64,000 nt of DNA, from NCBI GenBank assembly GCA_022826645.1, contig JAJDUM010000027.1:12033-76032 (forward strand), given 5' to 3'. Below the pieces are notes generated by a model that was given only the letters and a program-made list of their open reading frames with translations, was not told the DNA's origin and did no database searches. This document shows, piece after piece, positions 19,502 through 29,863 of the stretch (positions are counted from its first letter, which is position 1; each line of letters opens with the position of its first letter). This stretch comes from Candidatus Poribacteria bacterium. Its GTDB lineage: Bacteria; Poribacteria; WGA-4E; PCPOR2b. The translations under genes and the position numbers were made by a program.

Positions 19502-22500
19502 ATGCAACAGCAATCTGTCTTATTTCACATAAAAAAGTCGATTCGGGCTTTACCGATAGTGTTGGCACTCTGTGTAGTGTTGGTATCTATTCCATCAGGG
19601 GTCTATGCCAAAACGGGTGCAAGACAAGAGCTTCAACTCAAAGCGGCATCGACATTACAGCGAATAAGATCCGCTTCAGCCACCGGAGTTCGCGTTCGCT
19701 GGCATCAGGACAGAGGGACGGTGCGGAGCCTCTACAATCTGACCGTACCCGCACCCGTGGGGACGCCAGAAACATCGGCGCGCCAATGCCTTAGCGACTA
19801 CTGCGACCTGTTTGCGATGACCGATCCGACGGTCGAGTTACGGTTAAAAGCGGTCCAGAACAGTTTAACGGGCAGGCATATCCGATTCCACCAATACCAT
19901 AGAGGGGTCGAAGTGTATGGCGCATCAATCTCCGTCCATACCAATCGTAGTGATCAGATCCGGGTTATCCACAACAACTACTTCCCCCAAATCGACATAA
20001 GCACATCGGCATCACTTTCAGCGGAACAGGCGATAAGCATCGCCCTCGCCGAGTCGGGTGCGATTGATTTGCGGAAGCCGTCGCAGGCGGGGTTGGTCAT
20101 TTTCCCTGCTCGCAATGGTGCGTATCACCTCGCTTACCGCGTGATCGTGCACCTCCATCGCCCGTTAGCGGGTTGGGAGTATATCATAGACGCCCACACC
20201 GGTGCGCCGTTACATCGACGGAGTGTGCTTCGGTTTGCGGACGGACGGGGTCGCGTGTTTAACCCGAATCCCGTTGTCGCGCTTAAAGACTTGACACTGA
20301 TGGATCAGGACGATTCTGCCGATGCGATCCCCGATGAAGCCTACACCGATGTGATACTCCCCGAACTGGACGGGACCGGTTTTCTGGATGGGCGATACGT
20401 GAGCACGCGATTGACCCCCGAACGTGCCAACGAACCGCCCTTGGAATACAACTACCTGCGCGACGATCCCCGATTCGAGGAAGTGATGGTCTACTATCAC
20501 GTCGATGCGGTGGGTCGTTATCTGAAAGGGCTCGGCTTCGATTTCGTAGACGATTGGCAGCTCCCGACCAATGTCCACGTCAATGAATCAAACAATGCGT
20601 TCTACGACGACAGCGACGGCTCAATAAACTTCGGGGATGGCGGTGTCGATACCGCCGAAGATGCCGAAGTGATTATCCACGAATACGGTCATGCGGTTCT
20701 GGATCGACAGGTGTCCGGCATCTACATCGGCGAAGGGGGTGCGATACACGAAGGGTTTAGCGATTTTCTGGCAGCCAGTTTTTTCAGCGCGGTCAGCGAC
20801 GGTTTCGGTGATACGCTTGTTTTTGACTGGGCGGGTTTAGAAGCTCCTGAGTATTTAACCCGTCCCGTAGATGGTCACAAGCACTACCCCGAAGATCTGG
20901 TAGGGCTCCCCCACGACGACGGCGAGATGTGGTCTGCGTCGTTATGGGAGCTTTTCCAAGCACTCGGACGCGACGGGTCGATACGGTTGGTTATCGAAAG
21001 CCATTTCTATCTATCGTCCGACACAGAATTTGTCGATGGTGCATCCGCACTCTTTACAGCGGATCAGGAGCTAAACGGCGGCGTCAATTCAGATCTCATC
21101 TTGGGAGTTATGGAGAATCGCGGCTTCCTTACGCCACCGACATTGGCATCGGACGACTTCGAGACAAACGACACCGCGGACACCGCTGCTGCTGTTGAGC
21201 TTCCGTTTATCAACGGGGAGGTGTCTATCCACACAGGCGACGATGTGGATTACTATCAATTTGAGTTAACCGACCCGATGCAGGTGGGGGTGGGCATAGA
21301 TTTCCAACCGATCTACGGAGAGTTGATGCTCACCTTGACCGGACCCACGGGTGTCGCGCTGGTTAGCTTTGAGACAAAAGCGGTCACATCGCTTGAACTG
21401 GAACCGGGCAATTATCTAATTGCTGTTTCAGGCGTCAACGGTGCAACCAACGATTATCAGCTCGCGCTTATCATCGACAACCACGGCGATACACCGGAAT
21501 CGGCAACCGCTGTAGCGATTGGTGATACGGTAGAGAGTTTCATTGAGTTCAGTGGCGATACCGATTTCTTCTCATTTGACGGTGAACAAGGGGAACTGAT
21601 CAACATCACAGTTAAGACGGACGATTCCGACCTCGATTCGCTCCTGGTCGTTTATGGACCGGATGGTGTTCTGCTTGCCAAAAACGACGATGTCGCCTCT
21701 CTTTTTGGACCGTTCCCCGAACGCAATCCGAGTGGGATAGATTCCCGCGTGAATGAAGAACTACCCGCCGATGGGACATATCTGCTCGCAGTGAGTAACA
21801 TCGCCCCGCCGAAACTGAACGCCCCTTTTGGTGGGGTCAACTATTCTTATACGTTGTCGATAAAAGAAAATGTTGACGACCATGCGCCGTGCGGTAGCGG
21901 CGAGGAGACGCCATTAGTCCGGGACGAACCTGTAACGGGAGTGATCAATCTATTTACCGATCCAGAGAATCCCTTTGACGAAGATGCCGACGGGTTTCGG
22001 TTCGATGCCGCTGCGGGCGATGTCATCAGCTTGCACCTTGCCGTCGAAAGCAGCAGCGAGTTTGCATTTACAACCCTCCGCCTGTTAGATGAATTGGGTA
22101 ATGAGTTACTCTCTACCCAGACCCCTTTCGATGGCTCAGACGTGCAGATTGAGGGCTTTGAAATCGGTGTCGATGGCGGCTATTGTGTCGAAGTCAGCGG
22201 TAGGGGTTCCCCGACAGACGAGGATTACACCTATACGCTCACCCTCTCTGAAGGCGAACTCCAGGACGATGATCACGATGGTCTGAGGGGCGATCCGACG
22301 CCTATCACATCGGGTGTGCCTGTTGAGGGGATCATCAGTTTTGACGGGGATGCCGATGCGTTTCAGTTTGACACGATAGCGGGCGCAATCGTTACGTTAA
22401 ATGTGGAGTTAAACCCCCAAGCCCCGTTCTTCGGTGTGATGGTGACGCTGTATGACTCCGACTTAGAGCGGTTGACGGCGTCTTTCTGGAGCGGGTTTGA

Positions 22501-23515
22501 TGAACCGGCGGATGATATTTTCGATTTTGATGAGCTACGAAACGGATTTACGATCCCTGCGACCGGCACTTACTATGTTGAGGTCACCTCTTTTTTCGGA
22601 GAGAGTGACGAGGATTCTAGCTACACGCTCACCTTAACGATCGAGGGGGGCAGCGAACTCGGACTGTTTCCGCCCTATGATGTGAATCAAGATGGGGTGG
22701 TGGACATCTTTGATCTGGTGCTTGTCGGTCAACATTTCGGCGAGACATTCATTAACGCCACGCCCATCGCTGATTTTGGACAGCTCCGATCGGTCTCGCC
22801 CGAAGGGGAGTTGCGGCTTCTGATGACGCCGAGTGCAACCGATAGACGACAGTTGACAGTCTCAATCGACGCCACAGCGATTGCTGATCTCTACGGCTAC
22901 CATTTCTCAATCCAGTATGATTCGACGGTGTTGGAACTTCTGACCGCCTCACCAAGCCCGCAGCTGGCAGATGCGCTGCAACAGAGTTATTGGAATGTCT
23001 CCCAACAAGGAACACAACTGGAACTAATGCAGACGCGGCAAGGCGTAACCGAAGGGGTCGCGGCTGAAGGGGCATTGGCGACACTCGTTTTTGATGTCAA
23101 ACAGACCCAACTACCGACCTTGCCCGTCCAGTTGGTTTCGGTCCAACTGGCGGATTCGCGGCCACGCGCGATTCCGGTCAATCTTGTTGCGGAACGGATC
23201 TTGATGACGGAACTGTTCCCTGATAAGCCGATGTTAATGCAAAACTATCCCAACCCGTTTAACCCCGAAACGTGGATCCCATATCAACTCTCTACCGATT
23301 CGGAGGTGGTTCTCTCAATTTACGATTCAAACGGTGAGCCCGTCCGTCGGTTCGATTTGGGGTATCAGCACGTCGGGACATACGCCACTCGCGGCAGAGC
23401 GGTTCACTGGAACGGCAGAAATGAGTTCGGTGAAAATGTGGTAAGCGGTGTCTATTTCTATCACCTCAATGCTGGTGATTATTCCCAAACACGGAAGATG
23501 CTGATACTCAAGTGA
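19502..23515 (+). CDS. secreted zinc metalloprotease (M4/M36 thermolysin-fungalysin clan) with propeptide, multiple PPC-like domains, a dockerin-like segment and a T9SS C-terminal sorting domain
   Basis: Signal peptide. 'HEYGHAVLD' (HExxH) plus 'HEGFSD' (third ligand Glu). Repeated 'GDxDxDYYxF' PPC-like motifs. 'DVNQDGVVDIFDLV' is dockerin-like. The C-terminus 'NYPNPFNPETWIPYQL...VYFYHL' has the T9SS CTD signature. Confidence 0.85.
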   Translation: MQQQSVLFHIKKSIRALPIVLALCVVLVSIPSGVYAKTGARQELQLKAASTLQRIRSASATGVRVRWHQDRGTVRSLYNLTVPAPVGTPETSARQCLSDYCDLFAMTDPTVELRLKAVQNSLTGRHIRFHQYHRGVEVYGASISVHTNRSDQIRVIHNNYFPQIDISTSASLSAEQAISIALAESGAIDLRKPSQAGLVIFPARNGAYHLAYRVIVHLHRPLAGWEYIIDAHTGAPLHRRSVLRFADGRGRVFNPNPVVALKDLTLMDQDDSADAIPDEAYTDVILPELDGTGFLDGRYVSTRLTPERANEPPLEYNYLRDDPRFEEVMVYYHVDAVGRYLKGLGFDFVDDWQLPTNVHVNESNNAFYDDSDGSINFGDGGVDTAEDAEVIIHEYGHAVLDRQVSGIYIGEGGAIHEGFSDFLAASFFSAVSDGFGDTLVFDWAGLEAPEYLTRPVDGHKHYPEDLVGLPHDDGEMWSASLWELFQALGRDGSIRLVIESHFYLSSDTEFVDGASALFTADQELNGGVNSDLILGVMENRGFLTPPTLASDDFETNDTADTAAAVELPFINGEVSIHTGDDVDYYQFELTDPMQVGVGIDFQPIYGELMLTLTGPTGVALVSFETKAVTSLELEPGNYLIAVSGVNGATNDYQLALIIDNHGDTPESATAVAIGDTVESFIEFSGDTDFFSFDGEQGELINITVKTDDSDLDSLLVVYGPDGVLLAKNDDVASLFGPFPERNPSGIDSRVNEELPADGTYLLAVSNIAPPKLNAPFGGVNYSYTLSIKENVDDHAPCGSGEETPLVRDEPVTGVINLFTDPENPFDEDADGFRFDAAAGDVISLHLAVESSSEFAFTTLRLLDELGNELLSTQTPFDGSDVQIEGFEIGVDGGYCVEVSGRGSPTDEDYTYTLTLSEGELQDDDHDGLRGDPTPITSGVPVEGIISFDGDADAFQFDTIAGAIVTLNVELNPQAPFFGVMVTLYDSDLERLTASFWSGFDEPADDIFDFDELRNGFTIPATGTYYVEVTSFFGESDEDSSYTLTLTIEGGSELGLFPPYDVNQDGVVDIFDLVLVGQHFGETFINATPIADFGQLRSVSPEGELRLLMTPSATDRRQLTVSIDATAIADLYGYHFSIQYDSTVLELLTASPSPQLADALQQSYWNVSQQGTQLELMQTRQGVTEGVAAEGALATLVFDVKQTQLPTLPVQLVSVQLADSRPRAIPVNLVAERILMTELFPDKPMLMQNYPNPFNPETWIPYQLSTDSEVVLSIYDSNGEPVRRFDLGYQHVGTYATRGRAVHWNGRNEFGENVVSGVYFYHLNAGDYSQTRKMLILK

Positions 23516-23848
23516 GCTTTGTTGCTTACGGCAACCATTAAAAAAAGCAAGATGCGTTTGAAAATCTCAAAACGGCGGCTTAATGATGAAGCAAAAGCGA
23601 TTCAAAAGGCAGCACCGCCGCCCACACCACAGAGAAGAAGGAGTGAGTAGACCGTTTTTGTTAAAAAAAAAGCTAAAGATTTTGGTATGAAACCGATATA
23701 ATATATAGCGACTTGCATTTTTGGAGGCAAACCGCAAACGTTTATAGGTACACTTTCCTCACAACGCACTGTTCAGCTGTTAGATGAGCAGCGCTTAACA
23801 GGCTTGTTACATATCGTTAGATGTAACCGCCACGACGGAGGAATAGCG

Positions 23849-24478
23849 ATGACACCTCACCGCGGTCCCCACTATTCTAAAAATTGTCCCTTCCATATCA
23901 CCAAAAACCAACCGCTGAGCGCAGCCGAGTCGGTGGTCCGATGCGTCGATTGCGTCACCTGTGGTTCAGACCGACTTAAACCCGCCAAAGCGGATCTGCA
24001 TCAACTCGCCTATCTTACCATCGTTGAAAACGATCCAAAATATGACCAAAACCACCCAAGCGGTGCGAGCCTCGGCACGTTTATCCGGTCCCGTGTGTGT
24101 GCCACGCTCTGGAACGAGCGCGATAAAGACCTGAAAGCCATACCCTATTCTGCCCTTGAAGGCGATGACGGTGCACAACACCAGAAGGTCAATCGATTGA
24201 TCGACGAGCTAGTCGCCGAGTCCCTTTTGCGCGAGAGCGTCGAAGATACTGCCATACGGCATCTGGATCTCGAGATTTTCAAGATGGCACTCCCCCAACT
24301 GCTAGAGTGTTTATCCGAAAAAGAGCGGATGGTCCTGGAGATGAAGTTTTATCAAGGACTCAGAGCTGTTGAGATAGCTGACAGGCTTGGTCTCAGTGAG
24401 GGTCGGGTCAGCCAGCTGTCCCGCAAAGCACTCGCGAAGTTGGGTAAAGCCTACCTGTTTGGAACCACCCCATCATAA
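23849..24478 (+). CDS. sigma-70 family RNA polymerase sigma factor (FliA/SigB-like) with N-terminal Cys-rich segment
   Basis: The region-4 HTH 'RAVEIADRLGLSEGRVSQLSRKAL' and a region-2-like 'LAYLTIVEN'. The N-terminus has CxxH...CxxC...C. The GGAGG RBS is 7 nt before the ATG at 23849. Confidence 0.72.
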   Translation: MTPHRGPHYSKNCPFHITKNQPLSAAESVVRCVDCVTCGSDRLKPAKADLHQLAYLTIVENDPKYDQNHPSGASLGTFIRSRVCATLWNERDKDLKAIPYSALEGDDGAQHQKVNRLIDELVAESLLRESVEDTAIRHLDLEIFKMALPQLLECLSEKERMVLEMKFYQGLRAVEIADRLGLSEGRVSQLSRKALAKLGKAYLFGTTPS

Positions 24479-24541
24479 TGAACCACTGAAAATCTTAACA
24501 ATCTTGTCTGTAACAAGCCAAACCGAAGAAAGCGAGGGATC

Positions 24542-25111
24542 GTGATGAATTACAAGCAGAAGTTAGGATACATGGTGCTGGGTGCGGCGATGCCCTTGGT
24601 GGGGATGGCAGTGTCAATCTTTTCCCCGTCGTTGAACGCACAGAAACGCGGCGAGTATATTGTGTATACAGGGCTGACGGTGGTTGACGGTAAAGGGAAT
24701 GATGCGATTCGCTTTACCGTCGGTGAGAATCGGAATCTTATAGTTGTCTACGATAAGAAGGGCAAAAGGGCGATTGGCTTACACACCGGTGAGACAGGTA
24801 CCGGCATAATCGTCTTTGACAAGGCGGGGAATGCAGCCATTGGACTCGGCTTCGATGAGACAAGGGGGAATGAGATACGCCTGTCTGATAAGGCGGGGGG
24901 TGCAACGATTGGTCTACGCGCCGATCAGACGATTAATCGCATATCTGTCTATGATAAAACAGGGAAAAAAGGGGTTAGCACATTATACGCTGACGAGATA
25001 GGCAGTAACCTAATCATCTATGACCAGCCAACTAACGTCACCAGGTTTATAAACAGAAGGATTAAAGATCTTCAGGAAGATTCTCTAACAACTGAGGAGG
25101 AAATACGATGA
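24542..25111 (+). CDS. hypothetical secreted repeat protein (4x ~23-aa 'YDKxGKxAIGL' repeats)
   Basis: GTG start after a GAGGGA RBS. A hydrophobic N-terminus and internal tandem repeats are visible in the translation. Confidence 0.5.
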   Translation: MMNYKQKLGYMVLGAAMPLVGMAVSIFSPSLNAQKRGEYIVYTGLTVVDGKGNDAIRFTVGENRNLIVVYDKKGKRAIGLHTGETGTGIIVFDKAGNAAIGLGFDETRGNEIRLSDKAGGATIGLRADQTINRISVYDKTGKKGVSTLYADEIGSNLIIYDQPTNVTRFINRRIKDLQEDSLTTEEEIR

Positions 25112-25383
25112 GATCGACTAACGGCATACCCAAACAAGGTGTAAGAGTCTTGGTCAGATATTCGTACGGACTCGCTGTCGCAGAGTCCGGCGATACGATG
25201 ATGATGCTATCCAGAGGCAACCTCATTAATCACATCACCTGTAAGACGGAAACGCAAAGGCATCAGGCGGTAGAACTGATGTGCGCGTTCGCCGAAGGCA
25301 GAGTCAGACGAAGGATCGCTCCCGTTACTTGGATTGACCCTGAAATCCTATCGTTCCACCCGGCACTCGCACTGCAAAGGTGA
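25108..25383 (+). CDS. hypothetical small protein
   Basis: The ATGA overlap with the upstream stop suggests translational coupling. Confidence 0.35.
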   Translation: MRSTNGIPKQGVRVLVRYSYGLAVAESGDTMMMLSRGNLINHITCKTETQRHQAVELMCAFAEGRVRRRIAPVTWIDPEILSFHPALALQR

Positions 25384-25411
25384 GCGGTGCTTAAGTGAAG
25401 GAGGTTCAAAT

Positions 25412-25957
25412 ATGTTAGTTCGTATCTCATTCACCATAACGATGGCTATCTTTGGAATCGCGCTTATCTGTTTCTTTATGTTCGGTTGTAGCGTATCACC
25501 GCCACTGTATGTCATTGATGTGCAGAAACTCGCCGGCGCAGAACCCAAAGCGGCGGATCAGTTGCTGCAAAAGATGGTCCCGTGCGAGTTAAGACATGAG
25601 GATCGGTGGGAAGAAGGGCAGGGTGATGTCGAAAACATCATCGGCAAGCTCCATAACAGGATGTATGAGATAGAGAACGGGCAGATTAATAAATGGGAAC
25701 GGAAGCCGATGGTAAAACTGTTCTTCGACGCGGACTACGAGGAGCAGGTCAATGGGGTTACGATACATTTTATCGAATATGTCGAAGAAATAGCTGCGCT
25801 CCATCAGCTTGGGTATTCACCAGAGGATCGGATAAAACATCGCTACTCGCCCAATGCGTGGCACTTTATCACGCAGGAATATCTGCATCAGGTCTATTTG
25901 CAGGATGCAGGAGAATCAACCGCGGTCACGATTCATTTAGATGCGTTGACCCATTAG
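25412..25957 (+). CDS. hypothetical membrane-anchored or lipoprotein
   Basis: GGAGG RBS. The N-terminal TM segment 'MAIFGIALICFFMFGCS' includes a lipobox-like 'FGCS'. Confidence 0.45.
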   Translation: MLVRISFTITMAIFGIALICFFMFGCSVSPPLYVIDVQKLAGAEPKAADQLLQKMVPCELRHEDRWEEGQGDVENIIGKLHNRMYEIENGQINKWERKPMVKLFFDADYEEQVNGVTIHFIEYVEEIAALHQLGYSPEDRIKHRYSPNAWHFITQEYLHQVYLQDAGESTAVTIHLDALTH

Positions 25958-26148
25958 GTATTTTATGCGTTGAATACTACACACAACGACAAAAAAGCCC
26001 TCCACCCCGACTGGTCTCCCGATGGGAAGCTGATAGCCTTCGACCGAATCGTGGCGGACGACCTTCCCCACCATGCCAATATCTACATAGTGGATCCTGT
26101 TACCAGATCTGTGAAAATTGAGAAGCAATCCCTCCATCGGTTGCAACC

Positions 26149-26727
26149 TTAGAATTGCCAATTGGCGATCAAGAGGTGCATTGCAAAGCCTGAAGCTAAA
26201 GGCATCGTTATGTTATCATCTACTCCAACGGGCAAGAGTTCCACAACGGTCGCGACAAGCGCGCCAGTAATTGCGACGGCTGGGTGGAGTCTCATCAGTA
26301 GTGCAACCGCAGCGCACACGACGAAACAGGCGAGGCTGCCTTCTAAACTTTTTCGGGAAAAGAGTTTAATTCGCCCCCACTGCTTACCGATTAACGCTGC
26401 GCAGAGGTCTCCAAGGGTAAGGAAACAGAGACATACGATTGCCAACGTTTTATCGAAGAAAAGTACGCAGAGGAAGGATCCGATAAGAAAGTATGTGGCA
26501 CCCGTAGGTCCTCCCTTCTGTTCTTGCGAACGTAGTATCGGGGAAAAAATACGCAGAAATATGGCTCGGACAGATGGGACTAGAACCTTGAGCAGTTCGG
26601 TTCCAAGAGCGAGGGCAACAAGCCCGCCAACGCCGATGATGGCAAAGTCCCGCGATGTAAAGAGATACAGGATAGGAACAACTAACCCCAAAAGATGGAT
26701 ACTTTTGCGCGTTAATTCTCGTGCCAT
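26149..26727 (-). CDS. integral membrane protein, CTP-dependent polyprenol/phytol kinase or CDP-alcohol-related family (uncertain)
   Basis: It has 5-6 predicted TM helices. It loosely resembles dolichol/phytol kinase (DUF92/CTP_transf_1). Confidence 0.45.
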   Translation of the reverse strand: MARELTRKSIHLLGLVVPILYLFTSRDFAIIGVGGLVALALGTELLKVLVPSVRAIFLRIFSPILRSQEQKGGPTGATYFLIGSFLCVLFFDKTLAIVCLCFLTLGDLCAALIGKQWGRIKLFSRKSLEGSLACFVVCAAVALLMRLHPAVAITGALVATVVELLPVGVDDNITMPLASGFAMHLLIANWQF

Positions 26728-26964
26728 GATATCACCGCCTACTTTCACATTAGTGTTGTCAGACGATGAAACCGTGGCAAGAACTGTACCAACTGGCACA
26801 ATACCCGATAAACGCAAGCGTAGGCGGCAAAACCAGACACGGCACTGCGCTATTCGTCATGCAGATTTTACCGGGCGGTGCAGAATTTGCACACACAAAT
26901 AAGGGCGAGAACGCTCACATATCGCAGCGTTGAATCCGCCAGTTTCCTGTGTGCATTTTACATA

Positions 26965-27783
26965 TCACGCTGCTTCAAGCACATTTTCTGGTAGATTTTC
27001 GAGCCGCCCCATCCAATATCCCACATCAAACTTGTCATCCCCAATCAAGAATCGCCAGAACTTAATCCGGTTGACAATCTCAAGGCGGACATCATTGCCG
27101 TACCATTTGTGGTTCTTGTTCAAAATGCCCGGAATTGATGGGTCATCAAGATCGTCGGTATTCCAGAGACACATCTGGCGCACGGTTGGATTTAGCCTTA
27201 ACTTGAACATATACCGCATACGGTCAGTCTGATTGGGTTGGGCACAATGCCAGATACCGTGGTGAACCACCAGTATGGTGCCGGCTTTGCACACGACAGG
27301 CAGCTGCTCCAGAAAGTTCTGGTATCGAGCGATGTCTGACTCGCAGACACGACGGTAGTGGCTGCCCGGTAGAATCATTGTCCCACCCATCTCACGCGGC
27401 GTGTCGTGCGCGAAATAGAAGAACTGAATGTCAAAATGCATGCGCGTGTCGATAATCGCGTCTGCATGCCAGTGTTGTCCTACATCTCTACCGGCGTTGA
27501 CGGTATGAACAGCGTGGTGGTCGTAAAGCGGATCGGGTCCAACCAGACTGTGGATGATCCCTTGAACTTCAGGTTGCCGAAAGACAGCGCCGATAGGCGA
27601 AGGCTCAGGCCAAACTTCGCTTAGAGGGTCTCCCGCGGTTCCACGTCCAATGCCTTGATCTTCCATCTCGGCATGGACAGCTTCATTCAGGGCCGTAGGG
27701 ATTAATTCATCAAAGCGCAGGTATCCATCGGCGACAAAATGTGCCATCTGTTTGGAGTCCAACAGATACGTTTTATCAATCAT
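26965..27783 (-). CDS. phytanoyl-CoA dioxygenase (PhyH) family protein
   Basis: 'QHWHADA' (HxD) and a C-terminal 'HHGIWHCAQ'. The start was taken at 'MIDKTYLL' with a GGAG RBS. Confidence 0.8.
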   Translation of the reverse strand: MIDKTYLLDSKQMAHFVADGYLRFDELIPTALNEAVHAEMEDQGIGRGTAGDPLSEVWPEPSPIGAVFRQPEVQGIIHSLVGPDPLYDHHAVHTVNAGRDVGQHWHADAIIDTRMHFDIQFFYFAHDTPREMGGTMILPGSHYRRVCESDIARYQNFLEQLPVVCKAGTILVVHHGIWHCAQPNQTDRMRYMFKLRLNPTVRQMCLWNTDDLDDPSIPGILNKNHKWYGNDVRLEIVNRIKFWRFLIGDDKFDVGYWMGRLENLPENVLEAA

Positions 27784-28060
27784 CAATTTTCTCCATTTTT
27801 TCGAGGATGTATTCAAACCTGAGGTACGAAGTACTGTATTCCATGCCCGGATAGGCAGGAAATTGCTGTGGAAATTGAACGACACGCCACCCATGCTGCA
27901 TAGCTTCAACTACGGAATTATAGGGAGGTTTGTCGCTATCACCAGTTGTGGGGTTCGTGCCTCCCGTCCCATCATACATCGACCACGCCACAACATTGCT
28001 ATCCAAAGCCGGTGTATGGAGATAAAGCACGAGGATTTTCTGTCGTAACTGCGGCATCAC
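27776..28060 (-). CDS. hypothetical small protein, 8-nt overlap with downstream PhyH gene
   Basis: 94-aa ORF with an operon-like arrangement. Confidence 0.4.
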   Translation of the reverse strand: MMPQLRQKILVLYLHTPALDSNVVAWSMYDGTGGTNPTTGDSDKPPYNSVVEAMQHGWRVVQFPQQFPAYPGMEYSTSYLRFEYILEKMEKIDD

Positions 28061-28174
28061 TCTACCTTTCTAGGGCGTGTTGACATTTTACTATCGCCAA
28101 TGCGGTACCGGCCAATACGATTGTCTCAAAATGCTTCAAGGCCTACCAGATGGGTTCAATTTGTCAAATTGACA

Positions 28175-28207
28175 CACAGAATCTAACAGAATTTAACAGA
28201 ATCTAAC
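28175..28207. repeat. 3x 10-bp tandem repeat (cagaatctaa / cagaatttaa / cagaatctaa) in upstream region
   Basis: Read directly from the sequence. It may be operator-like. Confidence 0.5.
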
Positions 28208-28395
28208 ACTTTTTGCAAAATTTCTATAAAAACTTAGGGGTCCGTTAATCGGGCAGTTGAGCCTGTAGAGATTCATACCTTGATCTGCCAATCCCGATTT
28301 AGGACAAGAAATTTGCAGAAATCTGGTGTCTCCTCAAATACACCGGGCTAGTTCAATTGGTCAAATGTCGACCGAACCTACCTATTTTGAGATGT

Positions 28396-29553
28396 TTAGC
28401 CGATACGCCGAGAAGCAAGTACATCTTCATTCAGCTTTGATCCCAGTCCGGGCAGATCCGATGGGATGAGTTCGCCGTTCTCAATCTGGAGGGGCGGATC
28501 GATGAAGTCATGTTCCCACGCGGCCTCCGGCGCGGTGCCGGCATACTCCATATAGAGCAGATTGGGTATCGTCGCGGAGACGTGGGAGGTCGCCCGGGTG
28601 AGCACGGGACCACACCAGTTGTGGGGTGCTAATTTGACATCGTGAACCTCCGCCATCGCTGCAACCTTGAAGGTTTCCAGAATACCGCCATTATTGCCTA
28701 CCTCTGACTGAAGAATCTGGATGCCGCTGTCGGCGAGGACTTTTTCGGCGCTCCGCCGTTCGGAGAGTAGTTCCCCTGTGGCAATAGGTATCGAGGTTGA
28801 ATCCGCGACCTGCTTGATGAGGTTGGGTTGATCAGGCGGATTGGTCGGTTCTTCAAAGAAGAAAGGATTTAAGGGTTCCAGTGCCTTGACGGTCATCAGC
28901 GCACCTTCGAGGCTAAACCTCGCGTGTGCATCAATTGCCATGTTGAAATCTGCGCCGAGCGCATTCCGCATTGCTTCCACCTCTTTAATGGCTCCGTCTA
29001 GCTGCGCCGTCTCCGGTGTACCTTGAATCCCGTAATATCCAAACGGATCCCATTTGAACATATCGAAGCCCATCTCTTTTGTGCTTACTGCCCGTTCGAC
29101 CCGTTCTTCAACAGTCTTGGATTCACCGAAAACACCATGGTTAGCGTAGAGTGGGATTCGCTCCCGGACACGTCCGCCAAGCAGGGTATAGATAGGAAGC
29201 CCTGCCACCTGTCCCAAAATGTCCCACATCGCAATCTCAATGGCGCTGACCGCCGCGAACCACTCCCAACCCGAACCACCCTGAGCGGCTCGGTTTAGGA
29301 AGGCTTCAATCTCCAAGGGATTAGCGCCTTCAAGCTCTCTTGACATTGAATCCACAAAGTCTCGAATCGCCAATGATCGTGCCTCCCCAGAGGCGTGACA
29401 TTCTCCGATTCCGTCAATCCCTTGATCTGTCCGAATCCTGACGATCAGAAATGCGTAGCCACGAGTGTTTGGCTTAATCAAAATCGGCTCTACTGTTTCA
29501 ATTTTTATGGGGTGACTTGCTTTCGATGCTGCTTCTGAATGAGGTCCTTCCAT
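28396..29553 (-). CDS. enolase-superfamily enzyme (mandelate racemase/muconate lactonizing, sugar-acid dehydratase-like)
   Basis: An N-terminal capping domain and a barrel with 'DAHARF', 'FFEEP' and 'ATGE' (metal ligands D/E/D). Confidence 0.85.
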   Translation of the reverse strand: MEGPHSEAASKASHPIKIETVEPILIKPNTRGYAFLIVRIRTDQGIDGIGECHASGEARSLAIRDFVDSMSRELEGANPLEIEAFLNRAAQGGSGWEWFAAVSAIEIAMWDILGQVAGLPIYTLLGGRVRERIPLYANHGVFGESKTVEERVERAVSTKEMGFDMFKWDPFGYYGIQGTPETAQLDGAIKEVEAMRNALGADFNMAIDAHARFSLEGALMTVKALEPLNPFFFEEPTNPPDQPNLIKQVADSTSIPIATGELLSERRSAEKVLADSGIQILQSEVGNNGGILETFKVAAMAEVHDVKLAPHNWCGPVLTRATSHVSATIPNLLYMEYAGTAPEAAWEHDFIDPPLQIENGELIPSDLPGLGSKLNEDVLASRRIG

Positions 29554-29736
29554 CGTTTTCCCTTTCTTCAAGAATTGTACGAGCTTGAACCATAAACGGT
29601 ATTATATCGTTATCTATCTGGATTGTAAAGTGTATTTTGCCAACTGAAGATAACCCCTTCGGCAATAGTCTGGGACGCTGCTATGTCACTCCTTAAATTC
29701 TTTTTTTTGTTTTCTGCTAATTTTTTCGCATTTTTC

Positions 29737-29771
29737 CTTGACACCCCTCTTTATGCCTGCTAAAATATTAG
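29737..29771 (+). promoter_or_regulatory. candidate promoter TTGACA-N17-TAAAAT with overlapping palindrome gctaaaatattagc (possible BlaI-type operator)
   Basis: -35 at 29737-29742, -10 at 29760-29765. The 14-bp near-palindrome at 29758-29771 overlaps the -10. Confidence 0.45.
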
Positions 29772-29863
29772 CACTTTATCAAAAAAGATTCGATTGGTAA
29801 GCAAAAGTCCCTGAATTTTGATGTCATTGAGGCTGACATTTACGCACCCCAAGAGAGGATAGC

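Noticed and set aside
25970-26152. 60-aa ORF with PD40/TolB-like motif ('WSPDGKLIAFD...IYIVD')
   Set aside because: It is too short to be a functional beta-propeller. It is possibly a gene fragment, but there is insufficient evidence to call it a pseudogene.
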